The notes beneath the pieces are model-generated. The model did no database searches, had not been told where the DNA came from, and was given only the letters and a program-made list of their open reading frames with translations. Positions 61,495 to 64,000 of a DNA stretch of 64,000 nt are shown here, piece by piece; positions within the stretch are counted from its first letter, which is position 1, and each line of letters begins with the position of its first letter. Source of the stretch: Mobula hypostoma (Eukaryota); assembly GCF_963921235.1 (NCBI RefSeq), contig NC_086108.1, positions 11,656,001 to 11,720,000 on the forward strand. Reading direction: 5' to 3'. The position numbers were made by a program, and so were the translations under genes.

Positions 61495-64000
61495 TTTAAA
61501 CTAATTTGCGAGGGGGATGGGACCCACAGCGATAGAGCAGTGAAAGAAGTAAAGCCAGATCTAACATACAGAGAGGCTTTGAGGAAAGAGAAGCAGAATA
61601 AATGGTGTAAAGACAGTAAGGTAGAAGGGCTGAAATGTGTGTACCTCAATGCAAGAAGCATCAGGAACAAAGGTGATGAACTGAGAGCTTGGATACATAC
61701 ATGGAATTATGATGTAGTGGCCGGTACAGAGACTTGGCCGGCACCAGGGCAGGAATGGATTCTCAATATTCCTGGATTTCAATGCTTTAAAAGGGATAGA
61801 GAGGGCAGAAAAAGGGGAGGAGGGGTGGCATTACTGGTCAAGGATACTATTACAGCTACAGAAAGGGTGGGTAATGTAGCAGGATCCTCTTTTGAGTCAA
61901 TATTGGTGGAAGTCAGGAACAGGAAGGGAGCAGTTACTCTACTGGAGGTATTCTATAGGCTCCCTGGTAGCAGCAGAGATACAGAGGAGCAGATTGGGAG
62001 GCAGATTTTGGAAAGGTGCAAAAATAACAGGGTTGTTTTCATGGGTGACTTTATCTTCCCTAATACTGATTGGCACCTGATTAGTTCCAAGGGTTTAGAT
62101 GGGGCAGAGTTTGTTAAGTGTGTCCAGGATGGATTCCTGTCACAGTATGTGGACAGGCCAACCAGGGGGAATGCCATACTAGATCTAGTACTAGGTAATG
62201 AACCGGGTCAGGTCACAGATCTCTCAGTGGGTGAGCATCTGGGGGACAGGGACCACCGCTCCCTGGTCTTTATAATTATCATGGAAAAAGATAGAATCAA
62301 AGAGGACAGGAAAATTTTTAATTGGGGAAAGGCAAATTATGAGGCTATAAGGCTAGAACTTGCGGGTGTGAATTGGGATGATGTTTTTGCAGGGAAATGT
62401 ACTATGGACATGTGGTCGATGTCTAGAGATGTTTAGGGATAAATTTGTCCCAGTGAGGAGGAAGATAAAGAATAGTAGGGTGAAGGAACCATGGGTGACA
62501 AGTGAGGTGGAAAATCTGGTCAGGAGGAAGAAGGCAGCATACATGAGGTTTAGGAAGCAAGGATCAGCTGGGTCTATTGAGGAATATAGGGAAGCAAGAA
62601 AGGAGCTTAAGAAGGGACTGAGAAGAGCAATAAGGGGGCATGAGAAGGCATTGGCGAGTAGGGTAAAGGAAAACCCCAAGGCATTCTTCAATTATGTGAA
62701 GAACAAAAGGATGACAGGAGTGAAGGTAGGACCAATTAGAGATAAAGGTGGGAAGATGTGCCTGGAGGCTGTGGAAGTGAGCGAGGTTCTCAATGAATAC
62801 TTCTCTTCAGTATTCACCAATGAGAGGGAACTTGATGATGGTGAGGACAATATGAGTGAGGTTGATGTTCTGGAGCATGCTGATATTAAGGGAGAGGAGG
62901 TGTTGGAGTTGTTAAAATACATTAGGACAGATAAGTCCCCGGGGCCTGACGGAATATTCCCTAGACTGCTCCATGAGGTGAGAGAAGAGATTTCTGAGCC
63001 TCTGGCTAGGATCTTTATGTCCTCGTTGTCCACGGGAATGGTACCGGAGGATTGGAGGGAGGCGAATGTTGTTCCCTTGTTCAAAAAAGGTAGTAGGGAT
63101 AGTCCGGGTAATTATAGACCAGTGAGCCTTACGTCTGTGGTGGGAAAGCTGTTGGAAAAGATTCTTAGAGATAGGATCTATAAGCATTTAGAGAATCATG
63201 GTCTGATCAGGGACAGTCAGCATGCCTTTGTGAAGGGCAGATCGTGTCTAACAAGCCTGATAGAGTTCTTTGAGGAGGTGACCAGGCATATAGACGAGGG
63301 TAGTGCAGTGGATGTGATCTATATGGATCTTAGTAAGGCATTTGACAAGGTTCCACATGGTAGGTTTATTCAGAAAGTTAGAAGGCATGGGATCCAGGGA
63401 AGTTTGACCAGGTGGATTCAGAATTGGCTTGCCTGCAGAAGGCAGAGGGTGGTGGTGGAGGGAGTACATTCAGATTGGAGGATTGTGACTAGTGGTGTCC
63501 CACAAGGATCTGTTCTGGGACCTCTACTTTTCGTGATTTTTATTAACGACCTGGATGTGGGGGTAGAAGGGTGGGTTGGCAAGTTTGCAGACGACACCAA
63601 GGTTGGTGGTGTTGTAGGTAGTGTAGAGAATTGTCAAAGATTGCAGAGAGACATTGATAGGATGCAGAAGTGGGCTGAGGAGTGGCAGATGGAGTTCAAC
63701 CCGGAGAAGTGTGAGGTGGTACACTTTGGAAGGACAAACTCCAAGGCAGAGTACAAAGTAAATGGCAGGATACTTGGTAGTGTGGAGGAGCAGTCGGATC
63801 TTGGGGCACATGTCCACAGATCCCTGAAAGTTGCCTCACAGGTGGATAGGGTAGTTAAGAAAGCTTATGGGGTGTTAGCTTTCATAAGTTGAGGGATAGA
63901 GTTTAAGAATCGCGATGTAATGATGCAGCTCTATAAAACTCTGGTTAGGCCACACTTGGAGTATTGTGTCCAGTTCTGGTCACCTCACTATAGGAAGGAT
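61495..64000 (+). mobile_element. CR1 LINE ORF2 (APE plus RT) running off the window end
   Basis: ORFs 61540..62436 (YLNARSIRNK, GTETW, FYRLP, MGDF) and 62378..63892 (YRPVSLTS, KAFDKVPH, PQGSVLGP, KFADD); frameshift near 62430 and stop at 63890-63892. Confidence 0.95.

Larger units (their letters stand above)
646..64000 (-). other. Probable very large intron of the LRFN gene
   Basis: Acceptor at 646-647. No LRR/Ig-coding ORF occurs in the rest of the window, which is almost entirely TE-derived. Confidence 0.65.

Overview
Eukaryotic vertebrate DNA. The repeat content (V-SINE/HE1-type SINEs, very abundant CR1 LINEs, Penelope elements, Rex/Babar-like LINEs) suggests a cartilaginous fish, probably a ray or skate; this is an inference. 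The only host gene segment is a minus-strand exon at about 3-645 of an LRFN/SALM synaptic adhesion gene (most like LRFN1): end of the FN3 domain, transmembrane helix and cytoplasmic tail, preceded by a canonical phase-2 splice acceptor. The upstream LRR-Ig exon is absent, so the remaining ~63 kb is most likely one very large intron filled with layered transposon insertions. These include several multi-kb CR1 LINEs (one carrying a copy of its own family's 3' end inside ORF1), a decayed two-LTR Gypsy element with a tRNA-Leu primer site, a palindromic mariner-derived MITE, three solo LTRs with TSDs, Penelope elements with minimal hammerhead ribozymes, and Tc1, RTE and SINE fragments. I found no convincing wholly new biological system. 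The most interesting signals are the intact hammerhead at 57504-57539, the microhomology-guided self-nested CR1, the hairpin MITE and a few repeat-free islands that may be conserved regulatory elements. Boundaries were read by eye and are approximate unless a TSD is quoted.
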